64,000 nt of DNA from Geosiphon pyriformis uo1 (taxonomy: Eukaryota; Fungi; Glomeromycota), in NCBI GenBank assembly GCA_016748015.1, contig JAAOMT010000776.1, positions 310,001-374,000 of the forward strand, given 5' to 3'. The notes under the pieces are model-generated. The model ran no database searches, was not told where the DNA came from, and worked only from the letters and a program-made list of their open reading frames with translations. The position numbers and the translations under genes are program-made. Positions 50,524-63,700 of this stretch are shown piece by piece; position 1 is the first letter of the stretch; the number at the start of each line of letters is the position of its first letter.

Positions 50524-51484
50524 TGTTACTCATAGAATATAAAAATTAAATATTAGTACATAAATTAGCCAATCAGAATAGACGTAGTAAAAGTGGAATT
50601 CCAGAATTCTTCTTAAAGAAATTGCAGGATTCCAGAATTACAGGATTCCTGTATAAGAAATTCCAGAATTCCAAGAATTCCAGAATTTTTGGCTAAAAAA
50701 TTAAGGAATTCAAGGAATCTTGTATAACATAAATTATATATATATAGTAAGAATATTAAAAGCAGAAAAAGCAATTCCAGAAGAATTCAAGAATTCCAGA
50801 AAAATTTCAAAAAAATTCAAAAATTCTTGGAGAATTCAATAGAGTTTTATTAATTTAAAACAATCTCTTTTCTTCTCTATTTATTAACCCTTATTTTAAG
50901 AATAGTTGCTATCAACCAAAATGGAATTATATAAATAAAATATCTCTTTAATTCTTCAAATTTATATTATTGTTATTTGTTTGAGAATCTAATTACTCTT
51001 CTATTTATCAACACTTCATGTTAATAAAATCCAATATTTAACCACACAAGAACAATAACTCTTAATTATGACTATTGACGAAATACTAATTTCTTATTTT
51101 CTTTTCATTTTATTTTATTTTATTTTATTTTATTTTTTTTGTTTGTTGATTTACTACTGATTAAAAAAATTAAGCACTGAGTAATTGATGTCAAAAATAG
51201 TCTGGTAAAAAACCCAGAAATAAGGATATAAAATTTATAAATTAATGGATAGCTTACCAGAAAGGCATGACTACCAGAATAAACCAGCCACCAAGCTAAA
51301 AAAAGAAATTGGAAAACTTATTACAAAAGAATTACACATTTCAAATCTCTGTTTATTATACAAAAAACTTTACCAAAACTTTTAGACAACAAAAACCTTT
51401 AGATAATTACCAATAAAAAAACAATTGAGCACCAAGTTACAGGTTTTTTATTTGATTTGAGACCCCAAATAATCACCTGTAACA
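50524..51484 (+). repeat. Solo LTR (mosaic B/D/A-like) inserted in LINE ORF1
   Basis: TGTTACTC...TGTAACA termini; 4-bp flanks CTGC/CTAC; no PBS or PPT. Confidence 0.9.
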
Positions 51485-51945
51485 CTACCCAAAATGTATG
51501 TTCTAATATGTGTTTTCTTGGGAATAGTATCATCTATCACATTATTAACTTTCAAAGCATTTGAATTAATGTAGTTGGTCTTTTTTGCAAATCCAAAATG
51601 CTGTTGATGCTGCTTGTTACACTGTTTACTTTACTGCCCCAGGACCTCACAAGCCTATTGCCATTAATAAGCATATCTGTAAGAATCAAAAAACCAATAA
51701 ATGACTTGACTATATTGCCAAAAATAGTAGGTTTTTTAGGTTTTTTATAAAAAGCACCTTGCAAGTAAGCACTCACTAAATGCTTGGTTTTAACACTAGA
51801 TTGGGTCCTCAACTTAGCTGAAATAAATGCCAACCTATCAGCAAAAACACCCACTAGTTCCATATTTACAAACAAAGATATGTTGAAAAAAATAACTGCA
51901 AAAATATGAAGATAAGAGAGAAAAAATTTTTTATTCTTTTAGTAT

Positions 51946-52671
51946 TGTTATGATTAAAACCTATACTTCTTATTAATTATTACATATATTAGGCACTAAT
52001 GTCATATAATTAGCCACTCTATTTTTAAAAAGTAATTATTAATCTGATCAATAATCTGACTATTGATCTGATTATTAATCTAATTATTGATCTGATTATT
52101 AATCTAATTATTAACTTAGTTATTGACCTGATTATTGACCACTTTTGATAGCTATATAAGCAATAAATCTCTTAGTTGTAGAAAGTATGTAAGAATCAAA
52201 GAAAAAAAAGAAATAAAATAACAACTTTTATCTTAATTCTTTTTTTATTGCTAATTTCTCTTTTCTTATCTTCAAGTATTTGAACATCTTGAGATAAAAG
52301 ATTACTTGTTGGTTATTTTTTAATTTTTTTCTGAAACATATAATTATAGCATTTGAAGATTATTGAATAAAATGTGATTAAAGAGTACATCTAATATCTA
52401 ATATTAAATTCTAAGAGTATCAATGTAAAGCATAGAATTATATTAGTGTGTGATCATTTGTTGACAGTATAAACTATTTCTCTACCTTCAAATTCCCTAA
52501 TTATCTTTTGAAAAGTATAGTGACTGAGATATTTTATGAGACTGATCTGGCATATTGAATCCATACTTATTTAATTTGCTCTTTGAAATTGAATTCTCTT
52601 TGATTTCTTTTATTACTCTACAATCCTGTTTTTTCTTACTATCTGTTAACTTGTTACTCCAACCCATAACA
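51946..52671 (+). repeat. 5' LTR of element C
   Basis: TGTTATG...CATAACA; 12-bp ATTATTGACCTG array at ~52035-52140. Confidence 0.9.
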
Positions 52672-55600
52672 TAAAAGTGGTGCTCTCTGTGAAGTTGTCA
52701 AAATCTACTTTGTTTTTTATTGTATGAGTGATTATTCATATCTGCTATAATAATTAGAAGAACACTTTAAAGCACACAACAAAAATAATCTAAACTTTAT
52801 TGAACTCAATCCTTTGCACTCCTGCTTAATTTGCTTTCCCATTAAAAAACAATCCAGCAGACAATTCCAAGACTTTTAGAACTGGTTTCTGAACAAGCAT
52901 TTAGCTGAAACCTATACATTTTATACAACCTATTACTTTAACCAAGCTTATTTTGAAAACAATTTTGAAGAAAGAAACAACAGTATTAATTAGCTTTTAT
53001 ACTCCACAATCTTTGAACAACAGCTCCCTAATTTTGAATATCTGAATCATCAAATTCACATTTAGATTGCTGCCCATCAATCAACTGAAACTCCCTTTGA
53101 AATAGAAGAAAAAAGCTACCAAACTGCTCTTGTTTTTGAACTTTTATCAAGCAAATCAGACTTATCCACACAAACAGTTATCCCTGAACCAATAGCTAAT
53201 AACCCTATACAAGCAAACATTCTGGCCGCTCTCCAAGATATACAAACTGCTCTAGGAAAAAAAACAATACCTCACTACCACTATTCAAAGACAATACACA
53301 AAATCCAATTAAATAGTTGGATGACTTTAAAAGAGGTGTTACAGCCAATCAATATGATAATAAATACAAGTTCCAAATTGTTGGTGGCTATCTCCAAGAC
53401 TCTCCTGTTACTTGGTTCTCACAAAAAACCAATACCAATGCTTAGCAAAAAATTATTAGATAGACACTAGCAAATGCTGAAAAAGATAACACTTTTTTTA
53501 CTATCTGGTTTGAAATAAAATTTAGAACTCCTATCTTGATATCCAAATGACATATAGAATTAGAAAAAAGAACCCAAGGTTTCAGTGAAGTGGTAACTAA
53601 ATATGCCAAAGCCATCAGAAAGTTAATTAAAAGAGTAGACTCTGGAAAAAACTGGACAAAAGAGCAAAAGATTCATTTCTTTACAAAAGAATTGAGAACA
53701 GATCTGTCATATGCTTTTTGGCCCCTTTTGGCCTTAAAAAATAATCCCACAATAGATATGGTTATTGAACTTGCTCAAAGAATAGAAGATAACCAAAAGA
53801 TGCATCTGAGATCTATCCTTCCAGTTTTTGCTTCTGTCTTGTTATAGCTTTTGCTCCACAAATGGCTGCTATCTTTTTTGCTACCCAAACTCAAGATCCC
53901 AATAAACAGTTGATAAATAGACTTACAGCAAATCTTGCTTAGCTATTAGAATCATTAGCCCAAGCAGTCAAAGACAATCAGCAATCACAAAGACTTAGAT
54001 TTAAACTATGTTTCAATCAGCCTCCACAGTTCTTTTACCAAAGACAGCAAAATTGTGGCCCATCTATGTGCTACTGCTGTAAATTAACTGAACATTTCTC
54101 AAAAGATTACAACAATTCTCCTTTGTCACTTCCAGCTCTTAAAAACAATAATAATTAAAACAACAAAATCATCAACAATAATATTCCTAATCAAAAACCC
54201 AATCATGCCAACATCAATTTCTTTGAAGAGAATCCTCTAGTTGAAGCTACTGTTTATTAGTCTTTAAACTAATAAACACACCTTTAAAGAGTGAAAGTGC
54301 AAGCCAACTAGAAGAAAACTCTTTTTATGTCTTTAACTTAATTGATAATAACCATGATATAGATGAATTGGCAATCAACACTTCTGATTTAACAAGAAAA
54401 AAAAAAAGCCAAGGTTGATTTCATTCTAGATTTCAACAAACCCTCAACTTCTACTGCTAATAACAATAAGTCACCAAAGACTAAAGTTTTTAAGAATCTT
54501 TCAAAATTAGAATCCTCAGAAATTGTACAAAAATCTGGACTCTATTTTGTTGTAAAAAATCTTATGGAAACCCCAGCACATATTACTTTTGGCCAGTTAA
54601 TGACCCATTCACAGTTTAGAAAAGATCTTTGCAATCATTGATCCCAAAGAAGAAGACACCAAAAACCAACAAGCACTCTTGCCAAGCTGGACTTGTTGAC
54701 AACAGCAATGTCACTCCTTTAATCTGCAAAGCCCAAGTAGCTAGTTACTTTATTGATCTGATTTTAGACAGTAGATTATCTGTTAGCATCATAGCCAAAC
54801 ATTTTCTTAAAGCAATTAGCAAAAAGATTGATGAATTTTAAACTAAACCAATAACCAATATATATGGTGACAAAAAAAAAGGTCTGGATATAGCCAAATC
54901 TGTTTCTATTTGCATCAATAATATTAGCATTAAAACTGACATGGAAGTATTTAAAGCAAAAGAGTACACCATAATTGTTGGCAATGAGTGGCTTAAGAAA
55001 GCCAAAACATTACTTGACTATAAACTTTGTAAGCTAATCATCAAATATGGTAAAAAGTTCATTGTAGTTAAGTGTTGTCATTGAACAATCCCTCCAATAC
55101 CCAAGCAAAACCAAGAAGAAGAACAATCAAATGAATCAGATGATAATAAAAGTGATAAAGAAAAAAATCAAGAAAAACAAGAAGAAACTGTTGAACTTGC
55201 CTATACTATCTTCATCAGCAATGGCAAGCCACTAGACAATATTAAAGCTGACAAAAAAGAAATCATAGTAAATGACAAGCTGATCTGCTGGTTCTACTAT
55301 AATATTTTCATGATAGAAAACCTGGCAAGAAAGCAAAATACAATTATTGGTGGCATGGCCTTTGTGTTAAGTGCTAATGCAATAAACCTTTGTATTCTCC
55401 TAATAATGAATACAAGTCCTGCCTAATCTATTACAAAGATTGGGAGCCAATTAGTTTGATACTAAGAAAAAAACTAAAAAAAGTACAGAAGTCCTTTAAG
55501 AATGAACTACCTGAAATCCAATCACTAGTTACAGAACAAAAAAAACTTTTCTCTGAAGAAAAAAAAGTGGACATTAAAAATCTGTTGGCTAGGAATAGTC

Positions 55601-58600
55601 CAGTTATCTCAAAAGAAAGTAATATTCTTGAATGGACTCATGTAATACAATACACTATCACCACAAAAAAAACTCATTTCATCCATTTGAAACTTTATTA
55701 ATCTAATTAACACAATGATGAGTTTATCAAGAAAGAAATAAACCAGATGAAAGATCTTGGATTCATATAAGAAACCAAAAGTGAATGAGCTTTTCCAGTT
55801 GTAGTAATATCCAAGAAAAGTAGAACCCTATACTTCTATGTTAACTATTGCCAATTAAATACCATTACTATAAGAGACATATACTCATTCCCCAAAATTG
55901 ATGCAATGCTAGATAAATTTAATGGTGCTACTTTCTTCTCAACCATTGACTTAACTGCTAAATTCAGACAAATAGAGATGGATTTAGAAAGCAGAAAAAA
56001 AACTGATTTTATTACCAAGTATGGCACCTATAAATTCACAGTTATGTCTTTTGATCTCACCAATATCCTTTTTACTTTTTAATGCCTAATAGACAAAGTA
56101 TTTGAATCAGTAAAAAAAACTTTGTTTTGGTCTACTTAGATAACATAATAATCTACTCAAAAATCTGAGATAAATATCTTGAATATTTGCAGAAGGTTTT
56201 TGACTTGCTCAGAAATGCTGGCCTTAAGATCAACCTAATTAAATTTTTTTTTGAACACCAATCTATCTAGTTCTTTGGTTATTTTATTACAAAAGATAGA
56301 ATCTTCTCTGACCCAGTTAAAGTTGAAAAAGTTCAAAACATTAGACAACCAATAAATGTTTCTAAACTATGCTCTTTTCTTGGTTTGGCTTTTTACTATC
56401 ATAAATTTATTAAGAATTTCTTTAAAATCATCTTTTCTTTCAATCAACTACTCAGGAAAAATGTCAATTATTACTAAAACACTTATTAACAAAAAGCTTT
56501 TGAAATTCTGAAGGAAAAACTTGTTATTGAACCAATTCTCAAGCAACTTGATTTGGACCAACCTTTTATTCTCTACACTGATACATCTGACTATAGACTT
56601 GGTACTATTTTTTCACAAAAAAATGAAAATGGCAGAAAACATATTATAGCATATGCCAATAGATCCCTCACACCAGCAGAAAAAAACTATTCAGTTACTA
56701 AACAAGAATGTTTAGCAGTAGTTTGGGCTACTAGTTACTGGGATCAATATTTTTTTGGTGTGAAATTTCTAGTAGTAACAGATCATCAAGTCTTGGTTTG
56801 GCTGCATAATAAAAAGAAGCTAGAACACAAACAAATAACTTATTAGATACTTCACTTGGATAAATTTAATTATGATATTCAACACTACAAAGAAACAAAT
56901 CATCAAAACACTAATGCTCTCTTTAGACTTACTATCTAGTGATAATACAACTTTTCAAACCAAACCAACCTAATTATTAGTAACTTTTTCACAAACAAAC
57001 ATGATAATGGACTTGGACAACTATTCTGCCTTAATGAAATTTTTGGGTAAAGGACAATATTCACTAGAATATACTCAACAACAAAGAGAACATTTGTGCA
57101 AACAATCAAATTTCTATTTGATTCACCAGAACCAGCTATATAAAAGAAATAGAAAAGATTCTAATCATTCTTAGAGAATTATCAGATTTGAAGAAAGAGA
57201 AATTGTAATATACAACATGTATACTAATCCATTAGCTGGACACTTTGGAAAAACAAAAACAATTCAAAAAATTTTAGCTTGTTATTATTGGCTTACCTTA
57301 AGAAAAGATATTGCTGAATACATCAAAATCTGTAATATCTGCCAAAAAAGAGGCAAACCAAATTACAAAGAAGATATTCATTCAATCTCTGTTAGTCAAC
57401 TATTTGACCAAATTGGTATAGATGTTGTTAGACCATTAATAATAACTCTTAATAGCAATAAATATATTATTACAGCTACCAACTATTTTACAAAATAAGT
57501 AGAAACAAGAGCCACTTCAAACCAAACAGCAGTATCAATAGCCAATTTTATTTATGAAGATATTATCTGTTATTATGGGTGCCCCAAAAAACTTTTATTT
57601 GGTAGAGAAAAAGCTTTTCTCAGTACACTGGTTAAAGAACTTTGTAGAAAAATGGGAATATGTTATAAACTTTCTTCTTCTTATTACTCTCAAACAAATG
57701 GCTTAGTAGAACATCTTAATAGAACACTATGTAAAACCCTGGCCAAAACCAGTGAAAAAACAAATTTATGAGACAAAATACTGCCTTTAGCCTTGTTTGC
57801 TTATAGAACTGTAAATCATGACATAACAAGTTATGAACTTTTTTATCTGTTTTATGAATGCATAGCAACACTACTAATAGAAATTGACATTGAAACAATA
57901 CTTTTTGAAGAAATTACAATAAAAAATTACAAAAACATTTTGCAAAGAAAACTTGGTACCATTCTTGACTTCTTGGTAGAAACACAAATAATTGCTTTTA
58001 AAAAAATAAAACAGTTCTAAGAAAAGCTTAAGAAAAAAAAAATCTATAAAATACTTTCTTTAAGTATTAGTGACTTGATATTGGAATATCATTCTGACAG
58101 AGACAATGTCTATAATAATAAATTCTCTAGCCAATAGAAAAAACTCTTTATAGTCAACAAAGTTTTGAACAATGGTTCTTATATTCTTTAAGATAATTCT
58201 GGAACAATCTTCAATAATTGTCTTGTTCATGGTACACAACTAAAAAAATATCATAAACGACCTGATTAATTGCCTATTGTGGTAATACTAATTCAAATAA
58301 TCAGCAAAAATCAAGTATAAATAAATGTATTATTTTCAAAACAGAGATATTTTTAATCAATATGAACAATTATTTTCTGGATCAAAACATTTAAAATGTT
58401 TTCTATACTCTCCATAAGTATTGGATTAAAAACTACCCAAATATTACTCTGACTATTGGAAAACAGATCATCATAACTAATAACAGTGGAACATATATTG
58501 TTATTAGACCCAAGAAAACCACTACCAGAAGAGAAAAAATTGGTAGCAAAATGGATAAATATCTGTTAAAAAGTATAACAACAGCTATACTCCTATCTTC

Positions 58601-58976
58601 TAGTACAATTGGAAAAACAATCTAAGAAATCTTGCCCATAGACAAAAATTTGTCATATAGAAGACAACTAAAACTCTATGGTTGCCTTGGAAAAATCATA
58701 GAGGATATAAAACTTATGAAGAAAACAACTTCAGAGATACAGGCAGAAATTTTGGTTAGATGTTCCAAGAGTTTTAACTATTGCTAAAAAAGCCAAAACT
58801 CTAATACAAAGATTTGGTCTCTTGGATACAAAACTCATTTTGTCTCAAGTGTTATATATCCTATTCACAAAAAACTTCAACAAACTAGTTAGCTTTGAGT
58901 TAGATAAAACCCTTCAAATAGATTACACCATAAATAGCTTGATTTTGCAGAAGTTCAATCTCTTTAGAAAGGATAA

Positions 58977-59714
58977 TATTATAATTGAAACTTATACTTC
59001 TTATTAATTATTACATGTATTAGCCACTAATGTCATATAAATTAGCCACTCTATTTTTAGAAAGTGATCATTGACCTGATCAATGACCTGACCATTAACC
59101 TGATTATTGACTTAATTATTGACTTAATTATTAACTTGATCAATGACCTAATCATTAACCTAATTATTGACTTGATTATTGACTACTTTTGATAACTATA
59201 TAAGTGTTGAATTTCTTAGCTGTAGAAAAGTATGTAGAAATTAAGGAAATCAAATAAATAAAATAACAACTTTCATCTTAATTATTTTCTTATTGCTAAT
59301 TTCTCTTTCTCTATCTTTGAATATTTAAACATCTTGGGATAAAAAATTACTTGTTGGTTATTCTTACCTTTTTCCTAAAACATATAATTGCAACATTTGA
59401 AAATTATTGAATAAAACGTGACTGAAGAGTACATCTAATATCTAATATTGAATTCTAAGAGTGCTAACATGAGGCATAGAATTATACCAGTGTGTGTTCA
59501 TTTGTTGATAGTATAGACTATCTCTTTATCTTCAGATTCCTGGTTATCTTTAGAAAAGTACAATAACTGAGATATTTTATGAGACTAATCTTGCACATTG
59601 AATTCATACTCATTTAATTCACTCTTTGAAATTGAATTCTCTTTGATTTCTTTCATTACCCTACAATCTTGTTCTCCCTTGCTATCTGTTAGCTTGTTAC
59701 TCTAACTCATAACA
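58977..59714 (+). repeat. 3' LTR of element C
   Basis: Follows PPT AGAAAGGATAA; direct repeat of 51946-52671. Confidence 0.9.
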
Positions 59715-61066
59715 ACATCAAAATTGTTCTTGGCATTTTTGGTGTTATTACTTTTATTAAGTTAAAGCCTGCTGGTTTATGGCAATATGCTGTGGTTTAT
59801 TTCAAAGACACTTCTTCTGTCATTGCTGCTTTTATTCACTGGTCTGTGCTGGTTAAGAAAGACAATGTTAGGATTTTCTTTGTTATTAACCAAAATGATG
59901 TTATTTTTTCAAAAAATATCTTTAAAGCTAAGTTGGTTAATCTTCCCTTTGGCTGTACTGTCTTTGAGATAAGTGATTTGGTCTTCCAAGTTGGTGGCTG
60001 TACATGTTTCATTTTTCGCTCCTCCAAATCTTACCAACATCAATGCTTTGCTGTAGTTATCTTTGATTCCTTGGAATTTCTAAATATTGCTGTGTCAAAA
60101 ACTGATATCTTGTATAGTTGCTGCATTTGGTGGAAAACTCCTGGATGTTGCTGTGCTACAGGTATTAAAACTTGAATCATTTGGCTGTGGACTGCAAGGT
60201 ATCACCTTCTCTTTCACCCAAATTTTCTTTCAATTTTTCTGGTGGTTCTTAAGTTTTCAAACCTTCATTTGCTGGATCTAAATTTTATGCCAAAGCTGCT
60301 GCCTTTATGGTTTCTCCTATTGTTGCTACTACTGATATGGACTTGAATCTTAGTGGTTCCTCCAAAACTACAACTCTCATGTTGCCTGCTGTCTCTTCTG
60401 CTTCCAATTTTGCTGTTAAATTTAGGTTGGCTTTTTTGAAATCCCACTTTAGTAAACTGTCTGTATTGATAAAATTCTTGGTTAAATCTGTTGGTGCTTT
60501 GGTTGTATTGGTTACTAAATTGCTGTCTATTCCAACTGTCATGGATGTGTTAGTTAAAAAATATGTGGCTGGGTTGGCTAAGCAAAATAAAAACTTGGCT
60601 GCTATTGCTTTCATAATGCAAAAAAGAATAACACGTCTTGAAAAAAAATATGAATAAATCTGCTTGAAGGATGGATCAAATAATAATAACATAGTTAATA
60701 ATAATAATAATAATGATAATGATAAAGATTTTTCAGTCTATGATAACACTTTTGATGTTATGATGCACCTATAAAAAGATTAGTCTTCCAGAATCAAATC
60801 CAGTTCTAATCAGACTGCTAAGTAAATAAGTGGTATGGTTAAGAATAGTCATAAGCTTGTTAGCATTATAAGTAAGATGTATGAATTAGATATATTTAAT
60901 ACATTAGATAGCAAAAGTAGTACTAGTGTATAGTTAGGGCTTTTTACTTGTGGTTAGCCACATCTTGTGATTTGTATTATTGGGTGAGCTGACTTTATAA
61001 AAGCACCACATTATTGTGAACATAACTAATAAATGACCAGTGTGGCTACACATTAACAAAAAAAAA
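59715..61066 (+). mobile_element. ORF1-only non-LTR element (HAL1-like), 5' end not visible, with poly(A)
   Basis: LINE ORF1-type protein (RRM-like LWQYAVVYF and CFAVVIF, knuckle CYR(Y)*NLNHLAVDC, coiled coil); stop 60931-60933; ~125-bp UTR; A-run 61058-61066; no APE/RT. Confidence 0.75.
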
Positions 61067-61602
61067 TTTAAAGGTAGAGGAATAGTTTATACTGTTAACA
61101 AATAATTACACATTGGTATAATTTTATGGCTTATGTCAGCACTTTTAGAATTCAATATCAGGTATTAGATGTACTTTTCAGTTATGTTTTATTCAATAAT
61201 CTTCAAATGCTACAATTACACATTTTAGGAAAAGGTAGGAAATAACCAACAAGTAATCTTTTATCCCAAGATGTTTAAATACTTGAAGATAGAAAAAAAG
61301 AAATTAGTAATAAGAAGAAAATTGAGATGAAAGTTGTTATTTTATTTATTTAATTTCTTTGATTTCTGATATGCATTTCTACAGCTAAGAAATTTATTGC
61401 TTATATAGCTATTAAAAGTAGTCAATGATCAAGTCAACAACTAGGTCAATGATTAAGTCAATAATCAGGTCAATAATCAGGTCAATGATCAAGTCAATAA
61501 TTAAGTTAATAATTACTATCTAAAAATAAGGTGGCTAATTATATGACATTAGTGGCTAATACATATGATAACTAATAAAAAGTATGGGTTTCAACCATAA
61601 CA
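61067..61602 (-). repeat. Truncated family C LTR
   Basis: Reverse complement of ~51946-52495; intact TGTTATGG start at 61602; 3' ~175 bp missing. Confidence 0.88.
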
Positions 61603-63700
61603 ATATGATTAATACTGTTGTTGAGCATGCAAAAAAATTTGTTAATGAGACTTGGTTTACATTTCAGGACATAAAAAAGACATATAACTCAGTGGAATAG
61701 AAACTAATGAAAGCTGCACTAAAAATTTTTTTTTTGTTAATGTGTAATCATGCTGGTCTTTTATTAGTTTTGCCACACTCAAAAGCATGGCTTTTTCATA
61801 AAGCCAACTTATCCAATAATCTAAATTATAAGATGTGGCTAACCACTAAGTAGTTATGTCTAACTACACGTTAGTATAACCAAAAAACCTAAAAAGTATC
61901 ACACAATTACTTAAAATACCTCTACTATCCAAAACATTAGTCAATATTTTATTACAACATTAAAATTCATCACTTATTTTAATATTGGAATTACTATTAC
62001 CAATATCACTATTCCTTGATATTTTGTATATGCTGGTCACTTATGATGAGTTTTTCTTAACCCTGTTATCAATACTCATCAATTTTTCCCACTTAGTTTG
62101 TAACTTACAATGTTTTTTCCATAATCTATTTCTTACTTGAGTTATTGCCTATTTACACATCTTAATTAAGATATTATTATTAATTCTCTAATCAATGTTA
62201 GCAAAAGCATTGATTCTTTCAAATTGCTTATTGATCAGTCCTTTGCATAGCAGATTTATGTTGGGTGTTAACCTAATATACTCATTAGACAAAACAACCC
62301 TCTTACCAAAGTCCAAGATTTTATGTTTCCCTTTCACAGTTTTTGATAAGCATTGCATCCACTTATTCCTTATATTATCTATTAGTGTCTTGCCCTTTTG
62401 AATATTCAGAAAACATTCTCAAAAGTGTTGGTTGGTTTCTACTTCTGTGTGGCATACTTTACACAAGTTGTTCATATACATTAAAAGACATCTGTTGTAT
62501 AGCACCTTCACTATTGGCAGCATATTGTGAAATGATTTCATGATAAATGTATACATTACAGAAGAACCAGCTAAGATGAATCTTAATAACATTTTACCAT
62601 TCTAGTTCCACACTCTGGTTGTGCACTTCCAGTCTATCCTCTGGTCCAAAGACCCTACTGTTTTTTGTATTTTGTCATTGTCAATTCAATTCAAGACTCC
62701 TTGAATTCCAGTTTGTTGGTTTAGAAAATGTCTAATGTTCAGATTGAATTCAACACCTTTATAAGAGAAAATATAACTGATATTCTTAGCATTGTAGGCC
62801 CACCTCACTGTGTCAAAAGCAGTAGCTTCTTTGGCTAGTTTGTTAGCCATCTCATTTTCAAATATATCAGTCTGTATAGCCACTTTGTTTATGTTAAGAT
62901 CAATTTCTTTTTCCCCTATTACTGCTTTAATTGCATTTCATATGTACCAGTTAAAAGTTTTGAGCTAATTCTTAATAGACAAGGGAAAATCTTTGAACAA
63001 TCATTTTTGAGCTGTTGACACTACTGCCTGACTATTTGTGTTCAATGTCAGTTTGCATTTGTAAGATACTGCTTCCAAAGCCAATAATACAGCTTTTGCT
63101 TTAGTTTTTGTTGATAATAATGTTCCATCAACTGCTATACCAAAGTTGGCCTCTATTTCATGTGTCACAAAAGCGGCTGCTCCTTTAGTATCCTCAGTAC
63201 CAGCTTTTACCAATAAGCCATCTGTTGATATTTTTATTTCCTTTTTGAGTCTCAACTTATCTTACACATTTTTTTATTGTGGTAATAAAACATCAGAAAT
63301 TTGAATATAAATAGAGTCTCTTTGCATTATATCTAAATCATTTGGTATTTGGTTATCTATTTTGAGCTGCACTAAAAAAAATTTAGATAAACAATAAATT
63401 TACTAAGCTATTTGGCTTAATACACAACAATAAAAGCAATAAAATTATAACTGGATTTGGTTTAAGTAATAAATATTAAGTACAAAATGGACTAGATCAG
63501 AGGGAAACAAGCCTACTTATCATGTAAAAGATTTTCTATAACCTCTTATTGTGTAAAATAAAACAAACCAATTATAGTCAAGGATATAATTTAATAGCTG
63601 AATGGAAGAAATAGGACAACTAAACAAACATGCAATCCTTATTGGTATTAGTAAACTACCTTGTTTTTGTAGATGATACAGTATAGATAGCTAACTCAAG
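61603..63700 (+). mobile_element. LINE RT fragment (61603-61725 plus 63365-63700), split by a younger LINE
   Basis: FQDIKKTYNSV...KAALK then GLDQRET...IFYNLLL...VFVDDTV; contiguous once 61726-63364 is removed. Confidence 0.85.
61726..63364 (-). mobile_element. 5'-truncated LINE (lineage 2): RNase H, C-terminal region, 3' UTR, poly(A), with 14-bp TSD
   Basis: ISTDGL, KAKAVLLALE, NTNSQA, NEMANKLAK; stop 61866-61864; T10 at 61726-61735; TSD AGCTGCACTAAAAA at 61712-61725 and 63365-63378. Confidence 0.9.

Larger units (their letters stand above)
43257..51926 (-). mobile_element. Near full-length LINE (lineage 1): ORF1 and ORF2 (APE-RT-RNase H-CCHC), interrupted by two solo LTRs
   Basis: ORF1 from ~51866 to stop 48954; ORF2 MTNLI*KVATYNVRSIN, TETK, TIDYVF (APE); TRLIALIE, QDMQK, FVD(N)TIW (RT); YTNR/TEL/SDS (RNase H); CFHCGNMESSDHLFMC; stop 43394; (TAA)n tail at 43257-43272. 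Confidence 0.92.
51946..59714 (+). mobile_element. Full-length Ty3/Gypsy element C (gag-PR-RT-RNase H-IN-ORF3; no dUTPase), inactivated
   Basis: LTRs 51946-52671 and 58977-59714; PBS 52678-52694; knuckle CYCCKLTEHFSKDY ~54070; LILDSR ~54760; YLDN ~56135; RNase H LYTDTSDY...KQECLAVVW; integrase GHFG...CNICQ, IGIDVV, QTNGLVE; 4-bp flanks GTAT/ACAT. Confidence 0.93.

Noticed and set aside
51927-51945. TSD for the 43257-51926 LINE (TTTTTATTCTTTT vs TCACTATTCTTGC)
   Set aside because: Needs a transversion and an indel in low-complexity sequence; not supportable.
56937-56945. TAG TGA TAA triple stop suggesting a separately translated integrase in element C
   Set aside because: Each stop can derive from CAG CGA CAA by C>T, and in element B RNase H and integrase are in the same frame.
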